NCBI GenBank assembly: GCA_947165135.1
Contig: CAMUZE010000004.1
Span: 11,694-75,693 of the forward strand
Direction: 5' to 3'
DNA: 64,000 nt
DNA from: an uncultured Clostridia bacterium
GTDB lineage: Bacteria > Bacillota_I > Bacilli_A > RF39 > UBA660
Part shown: positions 20,579 through 29,252 of the stretch, one piece after another
Layout: each line of letters opens with the position of its first letter
Position numbering within the stretch: position 1 is the first letter of the stretch
Translations under genes and position numbers: made by a program
Notes under the pieces: model-generated
Seen by the model: only the letters and a program-made list of their open reading frames with translations
Database searches by the model: none
Told to the model about the DNA's origin: nothing

Positions 20579-21736
20579 TTAAATCGATTCGACATTTTTA
20601 GATTTTTTTATCATACGACGTTTTTCTACAATAAAATACACAAGTGTAATACCACTAACAATAAATAGAATTATAAAATCATTTATTCCATCATATGTCT
20701 TTGGATTAATAATAGATTCAATTAGTGGTTCTTCCATCTCGGGCTCAGGACTTGGTTCTGGCTCAGGCTCTGGTTCCGGTATTGGGTCTTCTGGAGTTGC
20801 AGGTTGGTCTAAAAAAATAAGTTTGCAAAATGATTTATCACAATAATGATCATCAGTGACTATATTACCAGCTGAATCTACTATGATATATTCATTTGTT
20901 ATATATCTATAGAATGTTTTTTTACTATTAACATCTTTTTCATATCCTTCTTTACTTACAAGGTACTCACTAGTATATTCTCTATCGAGCCTATATGTTT
21001 TATATAATATATCAGTATAAGTATAAACAATTTCACTATGGTATAGAGAATCTCTAAGAATGTCTTTATTTGGATTTAATGTACAATTTTGTGTTTGACA
21101 TAAAAACACGCCATAATTAGCATAGTAAATAATATGATTAGCATCTGATATAAAATTAAAACTTATATTTTCTTGTTCATCTGTATTTTTATTATAGTAA
21201 ACACTAATGTATATATGATCTAATTCATCTAAGTCAAGTTTATTATCGAAATACAAATAAAGACCACTTCCTATAGAATGATAATCATTTAATACACCAT
21301 TATTTAGAAAATCAAATTCTGTATGAAAAGGTATTAATTCTCTATCATTTCTAAGTAATGTTACTTCTGATATTGATATGTTTCCTTCTTCATTAATTAA
21401 AGATATGCCTGCTATGTCACTCTTAGTATAAATTATTTGTTTAACAATTCTATTTATTTGTCTTTCGGAATACTCTTCTGGCATATAATCAAGTTCTTCA
21501 CTTTCATAATATTCCATATCATTTGGATTATATAATTTATCTCCAATTTTTTCTTTTATTAAATATTCAACATCGTATATATTGTCTTTATACCATAAGT
21601 ATCTATCTTCACTTTGAATTAATATTTCATCCAGTCCTTCTGGGTATACCTCACTCCAATCACTATAACTTAACTCAAAAGCAGAAACAAAACTAATGCT
21701 AGAAAAAAACATAATTAATAAAAAAAGTTTTTTCAT
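20579..21736 (-). CDS. Hypothetical secreted protein with Pro/Glu linker and C-terminal TM anchor
   Basis: It has a signal peptide (MKKLFLLIMFFSSISFVSA), the linker PEDPIPEPEPEPEPSPEPEMEEP, then INPKTYDG followed by a TM helix and a basic tail (EKRRMIKKSK). Confidence 0.5.
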   Translation of the reverse strand: MKKLFLLIMFFSSISFVSAFELSYSDWSEVYPEGLDEILIQSEDRYLWYKDNIYDVEYLIKEKIGDKLYNPNDMEYYESEELDYMPEEYSERQINRIVKQIIYTKSDIAGISLINEEGNISISEVTLLRNDRELIPFHTEFDFLNNGVLNDYHSIGSGLYLYFDNKLDLDELDHIYISVYYNKNTDEQENISFNFISDANHIIYYANYGVFLCQTQNCTLNPNKDILRDSLYHSEIVYTYTDILYKTYRLDREYTSEYLVSKEGYEKDVNSKKTFYRYITNEYIIVDSAGNIVTDDHYCDKSFCKLIFLDQPATPEDPIPEPEPEPEPSPEPEMEEPLIESIINPKTYDGINDFIILFIVSGITLVYFIVEKRRMIKKSKNVESI

Positions 21737-21794
21737 TTTATCACCTCCTAATAATATAATTAGAAGTTTAATAGTGAAAACACTTCTTTTTTTT

Positions 21795-21824
21795 AAAAAA
21801 AATTAAAAAAGAGGTAAACCTCTT
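21795..21824 (-). terminator. Rho-independent terminator after the FNT transporter gene
   Basis: On the minus strand the hairpin AAGAGG-TTTA-CCTCTT is followed by TTTTAATTTTTTTT. It overlaps the stop codon. Confidence 0.6.
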
Positions 21825-22476
21825 AATTTTTATAAAATCTGTTATAAAAGAATGCAAACAGAATTGATCCAACAGAATTACCTGCAACCATAACAAGCAC
21901 ATATAATAATGTTTTAAAACTCCACAAACATCCTGCTGAAAAATAAAACATATTTGCTATACTATGCTCAAATCCGCAAAGAATAAATACCATAACGCAC
22001 AAGAATATTCCAATATATTTTCCTATTTCTCCATTTATCTTTTTATGATTATTTACTGCTATATACATAAGAATTCCACAAAAGAATGCAAGGATAAATA
22101 TACTTAATAAATTATCATTTAATTTTAACATTCCTATCTTATTTGCCGCTTCTCCAATTGATTTAAATCTAGTTAGAAGAATTAATTTACCAACTATAAA
22201 TGTACCAATAAAGTTGCCTATTAAAGTAAACAATAATTCAAACAAGTATGTAACTTTATTAATTAATACATATCCTATTTTTCCTGTATATAAATTCATT
22301 CCATACATACATATAGTTAATAATCCAAGTGCAAATAAGAAAGATCCTATTACATGATTTTCTACACTTAAATACACACATCCGGCAATACCTATCATTA
22401 TTCCAGCATAAATACCTTTAATTAAATAATTTAAAAATTCTACTAATTTATTTTTCATTTTTTCACCCTCTAACAC
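21823..22476 (-). CDS. Formate/nitrite transporter (FNT) family protein
   Basis: 217 aa and multi-TM, with the FNT signature FEHSIANMFYF and a lone-subunit topology. Confidence 0.7.
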   Translation of the reverse strand: MLEGEKMKNKLVEFLNYLIKGIYAGIMIGIAGCVYLSVENHVIGSFLFALGLLTICMYGMNLYTGKIGYVLINKVTYLFELLFTLIGNFIGTFIVGKLILLTRFKSIGEAANKIGMLKLNDNLLSIFILAFFCGILMYIAVNNHKKINGEIGKYIGIFLCVMVFILCGFEHSIANMFYFSAGCLWSFKTLLYVLVMVAGNSVGSILFAFFYNRFYKN

Positions 22477-22892
22477 ATTTCTACTGATTTTGATTCGCTT
22501 CTTTCTTTTGCAAATTTAAATAATATATATAATGTTATAAATACAGATAATATAAATAAACTTACTGTTGATAATATTAATCCATATAATACTTTTTTAT
22601 AATTATATAAGAAGTTAGGTATATAGATAATTTTACCACCATTTGTTTTTAATGCACTTATTTGATTATTTTCATCTATATTAATATAAATTTTTTTCTT
22701 AATATCTATTGTTTTAGATATATCACCACTTTTTGCAGATACAATTGTTATAGTATCTTTATTACTATCAACCACATCATATTTTAAAACGCTAACATTT
22801 GAAAATAATGATGAAATTAATAAAGTGACAATATATATACAAAAAATAATTACATCTATTTCAAGCATCAAATAGATCAATTTTTTTCTCAT
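22470..22892 (-). CDS. Hypothetical membrane protein
   Basis: 140 aa with N- and C-terminal TM helices. It overlaps the FNT gene start by 7 nt. Confidence 0.35.
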   Translation of the reverse strand: MRKKLIYLMLEIDVIIFCIYIVTLLISSLFSNVSVLKYDVVDSNKDTITIVSAKSGDISKTIDIKKKIYINIDENNQISALKTNGGKIIYIPNFLYNYKKVLYGLILSTVSLFILSVFITLYILFKFAKERSESKSVEMC

Positions 22893-22946
22893 ATTATCAC
22901 CATATTAATTATACAATAAAAATAATAAATTCTAAAGAAGAATTTA

Positions 22947-24095
22947 CTATTTTCTAACATTGCCAGTTATTAAATCTTTTAAATGATTTTTTAATATTTT
23001 AAAATAATTTGCTTTTTTAACTTCGCTAGTTAGTACTAAATTATATGTATATTTTTTATTCTCGTAGTTAAGTATTAGATTACCAATTATGGTTCCTTTT
23101 TCTAGTGGTGCTTTTAAATTATTATTTATTTTTATTTCAGTATTATATTTTATATCTCTAGTATTTTTATCTACAATTATTTTCACATCTTTATCTAAAG
23201 TATAATAATAATTTATTTTTTCACTATTATTTATTTTAATTATCTCTTTGAAATCTTCTTTTTTATATATTGTTTCACTTCCGTACATAGAGTACCCATA
23301 TTCCATCATACCAATAGTATCAGAACTTCTATTGTCTTTAGTATCACTTTTCATAACAACACTAATTAATCTCATATTATTTTTATTCATAGTAGCAGTC
23401 AAACAATAACCCGCTTTATCTGTATAACCAGTTTTAAGTCCATCTATTCCTTTATAAAATTTAATTAATTTATTTGTGTTAACAAGCCAATGATTTTCAC
23501 CAGAAACATTTATATGTTCATCATATGTACTTGATATTTTAAGTGCATAATCATGTTTAACTAGTTCACTTGCAATTAATGCCATATCATATGCAGAACT
23601 ATAATGTCCTTCTTCATCTAATCCATGTGGATTTTTAAAGGTAGTATCTTTGCATCCTAGTTCTTCACATCTTTTGTTCATCATATTAACAAAATTCTCT
23701 ACTGTTCCACCTATTTTTTCTGCAATAGCCACTGCAGCATCATTAGCGGAAGCAATACCTATTCCTTTAATTAAATCTTCCACTTTAACTTTACTACCTG
23801 CTTCAATATATATTTGAGTTCCTCCCATATCTTGTGCTCTTTTGGATACAACAACATCTTCATCTAATTTAATATTACCTTTTTCTAGTGCTTCCATTGT
23901 AAGTAACATTGTCATTATTTTTGTCATCGAAGCTGGTGCCATCTTTTTATGAGATTCTTTTTCAAATATAATTTTATTTGTAGAAGCCTCCATTAATATT
24001 GCAGTTTCACTATGCTTGGCAAGTCCAAGATCTTCTGCATATATGTTTTTAATGCAAAGAAGAAATAATAAACAAAATAAAAAGATTTTTTTCAT
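22947..24095 (-). CDS. D-alanyl-D-alanine carboxypeptidase (peptidase S11, PBP5-like)
   Basis: It has a signal peptide, the SxxK motif PASMTKIMT, SAND (SxN) and KTGYT (KTG), and a C-terminal beta domain. The start at 24095 is preceded by AGGTGA. Confidence 0.88.
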   Translation of the reverse strand: MKKIFLFCLLFLLCIKNIYAEDLGLAKHSETAILMEASTNKIIFEKESHKKMAPASMTKIMTMLLTMEALEKGNIKLDEDVVVSKRAQDMGGTQIYIEAGSKVKVEDLIKGIGIASANDAAVAIAEKIGGTVENFVNMMNKRCEELGCKDTTFKNPHGLDEEGHYSSAYDMALIASELVKHDYALKISSTYDEHINVSGENHWLVNTNKLIKFYKGIDGLKTGYTDKAGYCLTATMNKNNMRLISVVMKSDTKDNRSSDTIGMMEYGYSMYGSETIYKKEDFKEIIKINNSEKINYYYTLDKDVKIIVDKNTRDIKYNTEIKINNNLKAPLEKGTIIGNLILNYENKKYTYNLVLTSEVKKANYFKILKNHLKDLITGNVRK

Positions 24096-24143
24096 ACATA
24101 TCACCTATTAAATAATATGTATTTAAAAATCTTTTATAATCAA

Positions 24144-24923
24144 TTATTCTTTGTTAGTTAGTTTTTTTATAGCATTAGCAGCATTTCCAGCTTTAAAAGA
24201 CTCTAGTACTTCTACTGGTAAGCAGAAAATAATTGTATTAGATTGATCGCTACTTACATCATTAATTGTTGATAAAGTTCTTAAATGAAGTGCTCCTGGT
24301 GTCATTGACATTGTTTCAGCAGCTTTAGCTAAGTTTTTAGCAGCTTCAACTTCACCTTCTGCTTTAGTAAGTATTGCAGCTCTTTCACGTTCAGCTTCAG
24401 CGGCTTTGGCGATAACTCTTTTCATTTCTTCAGGTAATGATACATCTTTAAGTTCAACATTTTCTACTTTTATTCCCCAAGGATCAGTTGCTTCATCAAT
24501 TATCTTACAAATTTCAGTTGAGATTTTATCTCTTTCTGCAAGTAATTCATTTAATGATACACTACCTACAACGTTTCTCATTGTAGTTTGCGCAAGTTGA
24601 CTTACTGCATAATAAAAATTTTCTACTTCTAAAATTGCTTTAGATGCATCAAATATTTTGTAATAAATAACTGCATTAATTCTTACTGATACATTATCTT
24701 TTGTAATAGCATCTTGTTCTGGAACATCTACTGCTTTTGTTCTAATATCAACTTTTTTATAACTTTGGAATATTGGTAAAACTAAATTCCAACCTGGTGA
24801 CATTATTTTACTAAATTTACCTAATGTAAATTTAACACCTCTTTCATACTCATTAACTTGAACAACACTTCTAAGTAAAATGATTCCAATGAAAATAATT
24901 AATACTACTCCAAATACGTCCAT
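24144..24923 (-). CDS. SPFH/band-7 protein, stomatin-like
   Basis: It has an N-terminal TM segment, VNEYERGVKFTLGKF, ITKDNVSVRINAVIYYKI and an Ala/Glu coiled coil. The start MDVFGV at 24923 is preceded by AAGGAG. Confidence 0.85.
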   Translation of the reverse strand: MDVFGVVLIIFIGIILLRSVVQVNEYERGVKFTLGKFSKIMSPGWNLVLPIFQSYKKVDIRTKAVDVPEQDAITKDNVSVRINAVIYYKIFDASKAILEVENFYYAVSQLAQTTMRNVVGSVSLNELLAERDKISTEICKIIDEATDPWGIKVENVELKDVSLPEEMKRVIAKAAEAERERAAILTKAEGEVEAAKNLAKAAETMSMTPGALHLRTLSTINDVSSDQSNTIIFCLPVEVLESFKAGNAANAIKKLTNKE

Positions 24924-24976
24924 TTTATTACTCCTTTCATTAATATTATACAATAAAAAAATAACTAATACTATAA

Positions 24977-25312
24977 TCAGTCATTTTCTTTTGAACAATC
25001 TTTTATTATATTATATTCATAGCTAAATAATCCTTTAGTTATTTCAATATTTTTTATACAATATTTTTCAATATTTTCATTTTCTTCTAAATATTCACTA
25101 GTAATTAAATCATTAATTGTTATTACATGTGTTTTATTATATTTTAATTCAATTTTATTATCTTTAATGTAATTTTTAGTTGACGTCTTTATATCTCTTT
25201 CTAATTTTAATAATACTTTATCCATTTTATTAAAGCCAATTATTAAAATAGTTGCAAATATTAGAAATACCACAAATCCCCAAATTATCATTAATCTTTT
25301 ATTCATAATCAT
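24977..25312 (-). CDS. Hypothetical N-terminally anchored small protein with C-terminal Cys pair
   Basis: It has a TM helix (LMIIWGFVVFLIFATILIIGF), then VITINDLITSEYL...KYCIKNIEI...IIKDC. The layout is the same as in the upstream neighbour. Confidence 0.4.
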   Translation of the reverse strand: MIMNKRLMIIWGFVVFLIFATILIIGFNKMDKVLLKLERDIKTSTKNYIKDNKIELKYNKTHVITINDLITSEYLEENENIEKYCIKNIEITKGLFSYEYNIIKDCSKEND

Positions 25313-25706
25313 AACCTGCTGTTTTATACTTTGGACAATTAATATAAGTAGTAAATGATGGATCATTTTGATAATTTATAAATACTTTAGTATATCCAGA
25401 ACAAATATTACCATTTTCATCTACCATGTTTGACATATATCCATTTAATAATAACGTAGATGATCTAATGATAATTGTATCAGACAAATTATATTCATAA
25501 TTATTTTGATAATATCTTTTAGCTGCTTCATTCATATTTTTTTCAAGTTCAGAATAAGAATAAGTCTTTTCTCCATCTAATAATCCAGGTCCTCCAAATA
25601 AACCTAATTTATTTAGACCAATTGTTGCGATTAAAAGACAGAATAAAAATAAAACTATAAATAAAAGTTCAACTCTAAGTCCCCAACCATTCTTATTAAG
25701 TTTCAT
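25299..25706 (-). CDS. Hypothetical protein with degenerate prepilin-like N-terminus
   Basis: MKLNKNGWGLRVELLFIVLFLF resembles K-G-F-T-L-x-E-L-L with a one-residue insertion. The C-terminus has a Cys pair (NICSGYTKVF...YINCPKY). The start at 25706 is preceded by AGGTGA. Confidence 0.4.
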   Translation of the reverse strand: MKLNKNGWGLRVELLFIVLFLFCLLIATIGLNKLGLFGGPGLLDGEKTYSYSELEKNMNEAAKRYYQNNYEYNLSDTIIIRSSTLLLNGYMSNMVDENGNICSGYTKVFINYQNDPSFTTYINCPKYKTAGYDYE

Positions 25707-25750
25707 ATTATCACCTACACCCATATTATATATTATTTAATGATTTTTTT

Positions 25751-26047
25751 CTATAATAATTCTTCTATTTTATCTCTTAGTTTTTTATCAGTTATTTCTT
25801 TTAAACAATCCAGTATCATACATTTTTTACTGTCAATATGCATTGTATCTTCATATTTTAATAATTTCTTATTTATTTTATTTAAATATTTAGATGTATA
25901 AGCCTTACTAACTTTATATAAATCTGCTATTTCGTTTAGTGAATAATCTTCAAAATAATAATATTCAAAATAACTTTTTTCTTTTTCAGTTAAAATTCCT
26001 TTATATATTTCATATAATTTAATTATATATTCTCTATCTATATTCAT
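25751..26047 (-). CDS. ylxM: YlxM/UPF0122 putative HTH protein
   Basis: 98 aa. LTEKEKSYFEYYYFEDYSLNEIADLYKVSKAYTSKYL is a sigma-70 region-4-like HTH. It lies directly after ftsY, as in Bacillus. Confidence 0.8.
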   Translation of the reverse strand: MNIDREYIIKLYEIYKGILTEKEKSYFEYYYFEDYSLNEIADLYKVSKAYTSKYLNKINKKLLKYEDTMHIDSKKCMILDCLKEITDKKLRDKIEELL

Positions 26048-27078
26048 TAGAACTCCTTAAATAAACCATATATATACTTTTCAATATCAAAAGTAATTAA
26101 GTCATCTTCTTTTTCTCCAAGTCCTACAAACTTAACTGGAATATTAACAAGTTCTTTAATAGCAAGTACTATTCCACCCTTGGCAGTACCATCTAGTTTA
26201 GTTAAAACTATTCCTGTAATATTAGTTATTTCTTTAAAACTTTTAGCTTGTACTACACCATTTTGTCCAGTAGTAGCATCAATTACAAGTAATGTTTCAA
26301 CTGGATTACCAGGAAGAATATCATTTATTACTCTGTTCATCTTATCAAGTTCATTCATTAAATTAACTTTATTTTGAAGACGGCCAGCGGTATCAACTAA
26401 TACTACATCATATTTTTCATCACGTGCTTTTTTAAGACCATCATATATTACTGCTGATGGATCTGTTCTATTATCACCATAAAAAGAAACTTTTATTCTA
26501 TCAGCCCATTCTTTTAATTGATTAACTGCTCCAGCTCTAAAAGTATCTCCTGCAATTAACATAACTTTTTTATTATCTTTTTTTAATCTATTTGCTATTT
26601 TTGCAATACTTGTAGTTTTACCTACTCCATTTACTCCAACAAATAAAATTACATTCGTTTCTCCATCTTTAATATTTAATTTTGAAGATAAAATATCATC
26701 ACCAACATATATCATAAAAAGCTCATCAACTATTACTTCTTTTAGATATTCAAAATCAGTTATATTTTCACTTTTAACACGTTTTTTTAATCTATCAACA
26801 AAATCCATAACTGTGTTAACTCCAACATCAGCTGTTATCAAGATTTCTTCTAATTCATCATAAAAATCATCACTAATTTTAGTATATTTAATTCCAAGAA
26901 CAGAAAGTTTATTAACAAAATTATCTCTAGATTTTGTAAGTCCTTCAACATATTTAGAAGTATCTTCTATTTCAACTTTTTCTTCTTTTGTTATTTTTTC
27001 TTCTTGTTTTTCTTCTATTTGTTCTTTTACTTCTTCTTGCTTACTAAAAATACTTTTAATTTTACTAAATAGTCCCAT
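26047..27078 (-). CDS. ftsY: Signal recognition particle receptor FtsY
   Basis: The SRP GTPase motifs are GVNGVGKTTSIAK, DTAGR and TKLDGTAKGG. It has an acidic/Lys-rich N-terminus. Confidence 0.93.
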   Translation of the reverse strand: MGLFSKIKSIFSKQEEVKEQIEEKQEEKITKEEKVEIEDTSKYVEGLTKSRDNFVNKLSVLGIKYTKISDDFYDELEEILITADVGVNTVMDFVDRLKKRVKSENITDFEYLKEVIVDELFMIYVGDDILSSKLNIKDGETNVILFVGVNGVGKTTSIAKIANRLKKDNKKVMLIAGDTFRAGAVNQLKEWADRIKVSFYGDNRTDPSAVIYDGLKKARDEKYDVVLVDTAGRLQNKVNLMNELDKMNRVINDILPGNPVETLLVIDATTGQNGVVQAKSFKEITNITGIVLTKLDGTAKGGIVLAIKELVNIPVKFVGLGEKEDDLITFDIEKYIYGLFKEF

Positions 27079-27088
27079 ATTATCTCCT

Positions 27089-27412
27089 TTAATCAGTTGT
27101 TTTTTCTAAATAAATTTTGTTTTTAAATGATCCTCTTTTTAAACTTTTTTCTCTTGCAGTTTCTATAACTTCATCTAAAGTAGAATTTTCTAGTTCTGCT
27201 AAACATTTTATTATTTCTAGCATATCAGATAGTTCCTCTATTCTATCTTTTCCACTTGATGATAAGACTTCCTTGTATTCTTCATTTAATTTCTTTTCTA
27301 ATTCTATTTTATACTCTTCATCACTTAATATTTTAGTAAATGCTTTTTCACCATTTTTTTCAATTATATTCGGAATATTATCTCTAACTAGTTTATTAAA
27401 TATTTTTTCCAT
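27089..27412 (-). CDS. MazG-like nucleoside triphosphate pyrophosphohydrolase (small, all-alpha)
   Basis: 107 aa. KLVRDNIPNIIEKNG...EEYKEV...EELSDMLEII is the pattern of small PRA-PH/MazG-like house-cleaning enzymes. Confidence 0.55.
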   Translation of the reverse strand: MEKIFNKLVRDNIPNIIEKNGEKAFTKILSDEEYKIELEKKLNEEYKEVLSSSGKDRIEELSDMLEIIKCLAELENSTLDEVIETAREKSLKRGSFKNKIYLEKTTD

Positions 27413-27484
27413 TATATCTCCTTTTTTATACTAAGTTGTAATATTTTTTCACTCCACATACAATTATAATATAAATATGAATTT

Positions 27485-27513
27485 TTGACAAATATTAAAC
27501 ACTATGCTATAAT
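27485..27513 (+). promoter_or_regulatory. Consensus sigma-A promoter for RNase J
   Basis: TTGACA, a 17-nt spacer, then TGCTATAAT (a perfect -35 and an extended perfect -10), 43 nt upstream of the ATG at 27556. Confidence 0.6.
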
Positions 27514-27555
27514 ATTAATCAATAAATTTAACTTTTTTCGAAAGGAAATGATAGA

Positions 27556-29232
27556 ATGAATAGTAAAAATGGTGAGACTTTAGTCTGTGCCTTAGGAGGT
27601 TTGGGCGAAGTTGGAAAAAATATGTATGTTGTAACCCACGAAGATGAGTTATTTATAATAGATTGTGGCGTAATGTTTCCTGAAGAAAATCTAATGGGAA
27701 TTGATTATGTTCTAGCGGATTACACACATCTAAAAAATGTACAAGATAAAATTAAAGGATTGATTATTACTCACGGACACGAAGATCATATAGGAGGAAT
27801 ACCTTTCTTACTTCAAAACATACAAATTCCTGTTATTTATACACCAAATATTGCAGGAAAACTAATTAAAAATAAACTTGAAGAAAGAAATATTCCTTGC
27901 CCTAAAATGGTAACCGTTAATGAAGATTTACATATTAAAACAAAACATTTTAATATTGAATTTTTTACAACTACACACTCTATTCCAGATTCATTTGGAA
28001 TGGCTATTAAAACAGTTAATGGAACTATTGTTGAAACTGGGGATTTTAAATTTGACTTAACTCCAATTGGACCTGTTGCAAACATTGGAAAAATGGCTAC
28101 AATCGGAAATAATGGAGTTACTTTGCTTTTAAGTGATTCAACAAATGCACTTGTTCCTGGATTCTCAGCATCAGAGTCTGTTGTTGATGAAGCACTTGCA
28201 GAAATATTTGCAGAAAATCCTCATTCACGTATTATTTTAGCAACTTTCGCAAGTAATATTTATAGACTTACTCATATAGTTGAGACTTGTAAAGAAAATA
28301 ATAGAAAAATTGTAGTATTTGGAAGAAGCATGAATACAAGTATAGAAATAGCTCAAGATTGTGGATATATAAAAGATAAAGACATATTTATATCAAGTGA
28401 AGAAGCAAATAGAATGAATCCCGCCAATGTATGTTTACTTTGCACAGGTAGTCAAGGCGAACCACTTGCTGCTTTATCTCGTATCGCAAACGGAAATGAT
28501 AAAAATATTACTTTAATGAAAGATGATACTGTCATATTCTCATCTTCACCTATTCCTGGTAATGCTCTTTCAATTAATAGAATTATTAATAAATTATATT
28601 TAAAAGGAGCAAAAGTTTATACGAATGCTAGTGAATATGATGTTCATACGAGTGGACACGCTAAACAAGATGAATTAAAACTATTATTTAGATTAATTAA
28701 ACCTAAATACTTTATGCCAATGCATGGTGAATATAGAATGCTCGCAGCTCATGCCCATTTAGCGACATTATGTGATGTTAAAGAAGAAAATACATTTATT
28801 TGTAAAAATGGAGATATTATTGCTCTTAAAGATGGTGAAGTTTACAAAAAGGGAAGCATATTAATTAATGATATATATGTAGATGGATCTCGTATTGGAG
28901 ATGTTGGAGTATCAATTATTAAAGATAGAAAAATAATGTCTACGGATGGTGTACTTGTTGTAATATTAAATATTGATTTTAAGAATAAACAAATGTTACT
29001 TCCACCTAATATAACAACAAGAGGATTTGTAGTAGTTAATGATAATCAAGAATTACTTAAAAAGATTCAAGATAAAACAAATATAATTGTATTAAATGAA
29101 CTTGAAAAAGATAATTTTAGTTTAACAGATTTAAAAAATAGAATTATATTAGAAATTAATTCATATATTATTGAACTTACTGGTAGAAGACCAATAATTA
29201 TACCAATGATTTTGAGTAAGAAAACAAATTAA
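27556..29232 (+). CDS. rnj: Ribonuclease J
   Basis: 558 aa. It has the beta-lactamase/beta-CASP motifs ITHGHEDHIGG, GDFKFD and HTSGHA, and a C-terminal domain. Confidence 0.93.
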   Translation: MNSKNGETLVCALGGLGEVGKNMYVVTHEDELFIIDCGVMFPEENLMGIDYVLADYTHLKNVQDKIKGLIITHGHEDHIGGIPFLLQNIQIPVIYTPNIAGKLIKNKLEERNIPCPKMVTVNEDLHIKTKHFNIEFFTTTHSIPDSFGMAIKTVNGTIVETGDFKFDLTPIGPVANIGKMATIGNNGVTLLLSDSTNALVPGFSASESVVDEALAEIFAENPHSRIILATFASNIYRLTHIVETCKENNRKIVVFGRSMNTSIEIAQDCGYIKDKDIFISSEEANRMNPANVCLLCTGSQGEPLAALSRIANGNDKNITLMKDDTVIFSSSPIPGNALSINRIINKLYLKGAKVYTNASEYDVHTSGHAKQDELKLLFRLIKPKYFMPMHGEYRMLAAHAHLATLCDVKEENTFICKNGDIIALKDGEVYKKGSILINDIYVDGSRIGDVGVSIIKDRKIMSTDGVLVVILNIDFKNKQMLLPPNITTRGFVVVNDNQELLKKIQDKTNIIVLNELEKDNFSLTDLKNRIILEINSYIIELTGRRPIIIPMILSKKTN

Positions 29233-29252
29233 AAAGGATTAAATCCTTTTTT
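29233..29252. terminator. Bidirectional rho-independent terminator (rnj and ECF operon ends)
   Basis: The hairpin is aaaggat/taa/atccttt, with an A run before it and a T run after it. Confidence 0.6.

Noticed and set aside
20738-20795. A GC-richer GGTTCTGGCTCAGGCTCTGGTTCCGG-type short repeat, considered as a possible phase-variable tract.
   Set aside because: It encodes the in-frame PEPEPEPEPSPEPE linker of the exported protein. The units are imperfect and there is no homopolymer, so slipped-strand switching is not supported.
27117-27434. A 105-aa plus-strand ORF exactly antisense to the MazG-like gene. Similar antisense ORFs occur at 8512..8799, 16340..16618, 18698..19063, 30370..30741, 35378..35578, 44697..44963, 47019..47427 and 51477..51770.
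   Set aside because: Their translations are low-complexity Ser/Leu/Phe/Ile strings, as expected for the reverse complement of Lys/Glu/Asn-rich AT-rich genes. They have no RBS, and each is fully shadowed by a gene with clear family motifs.
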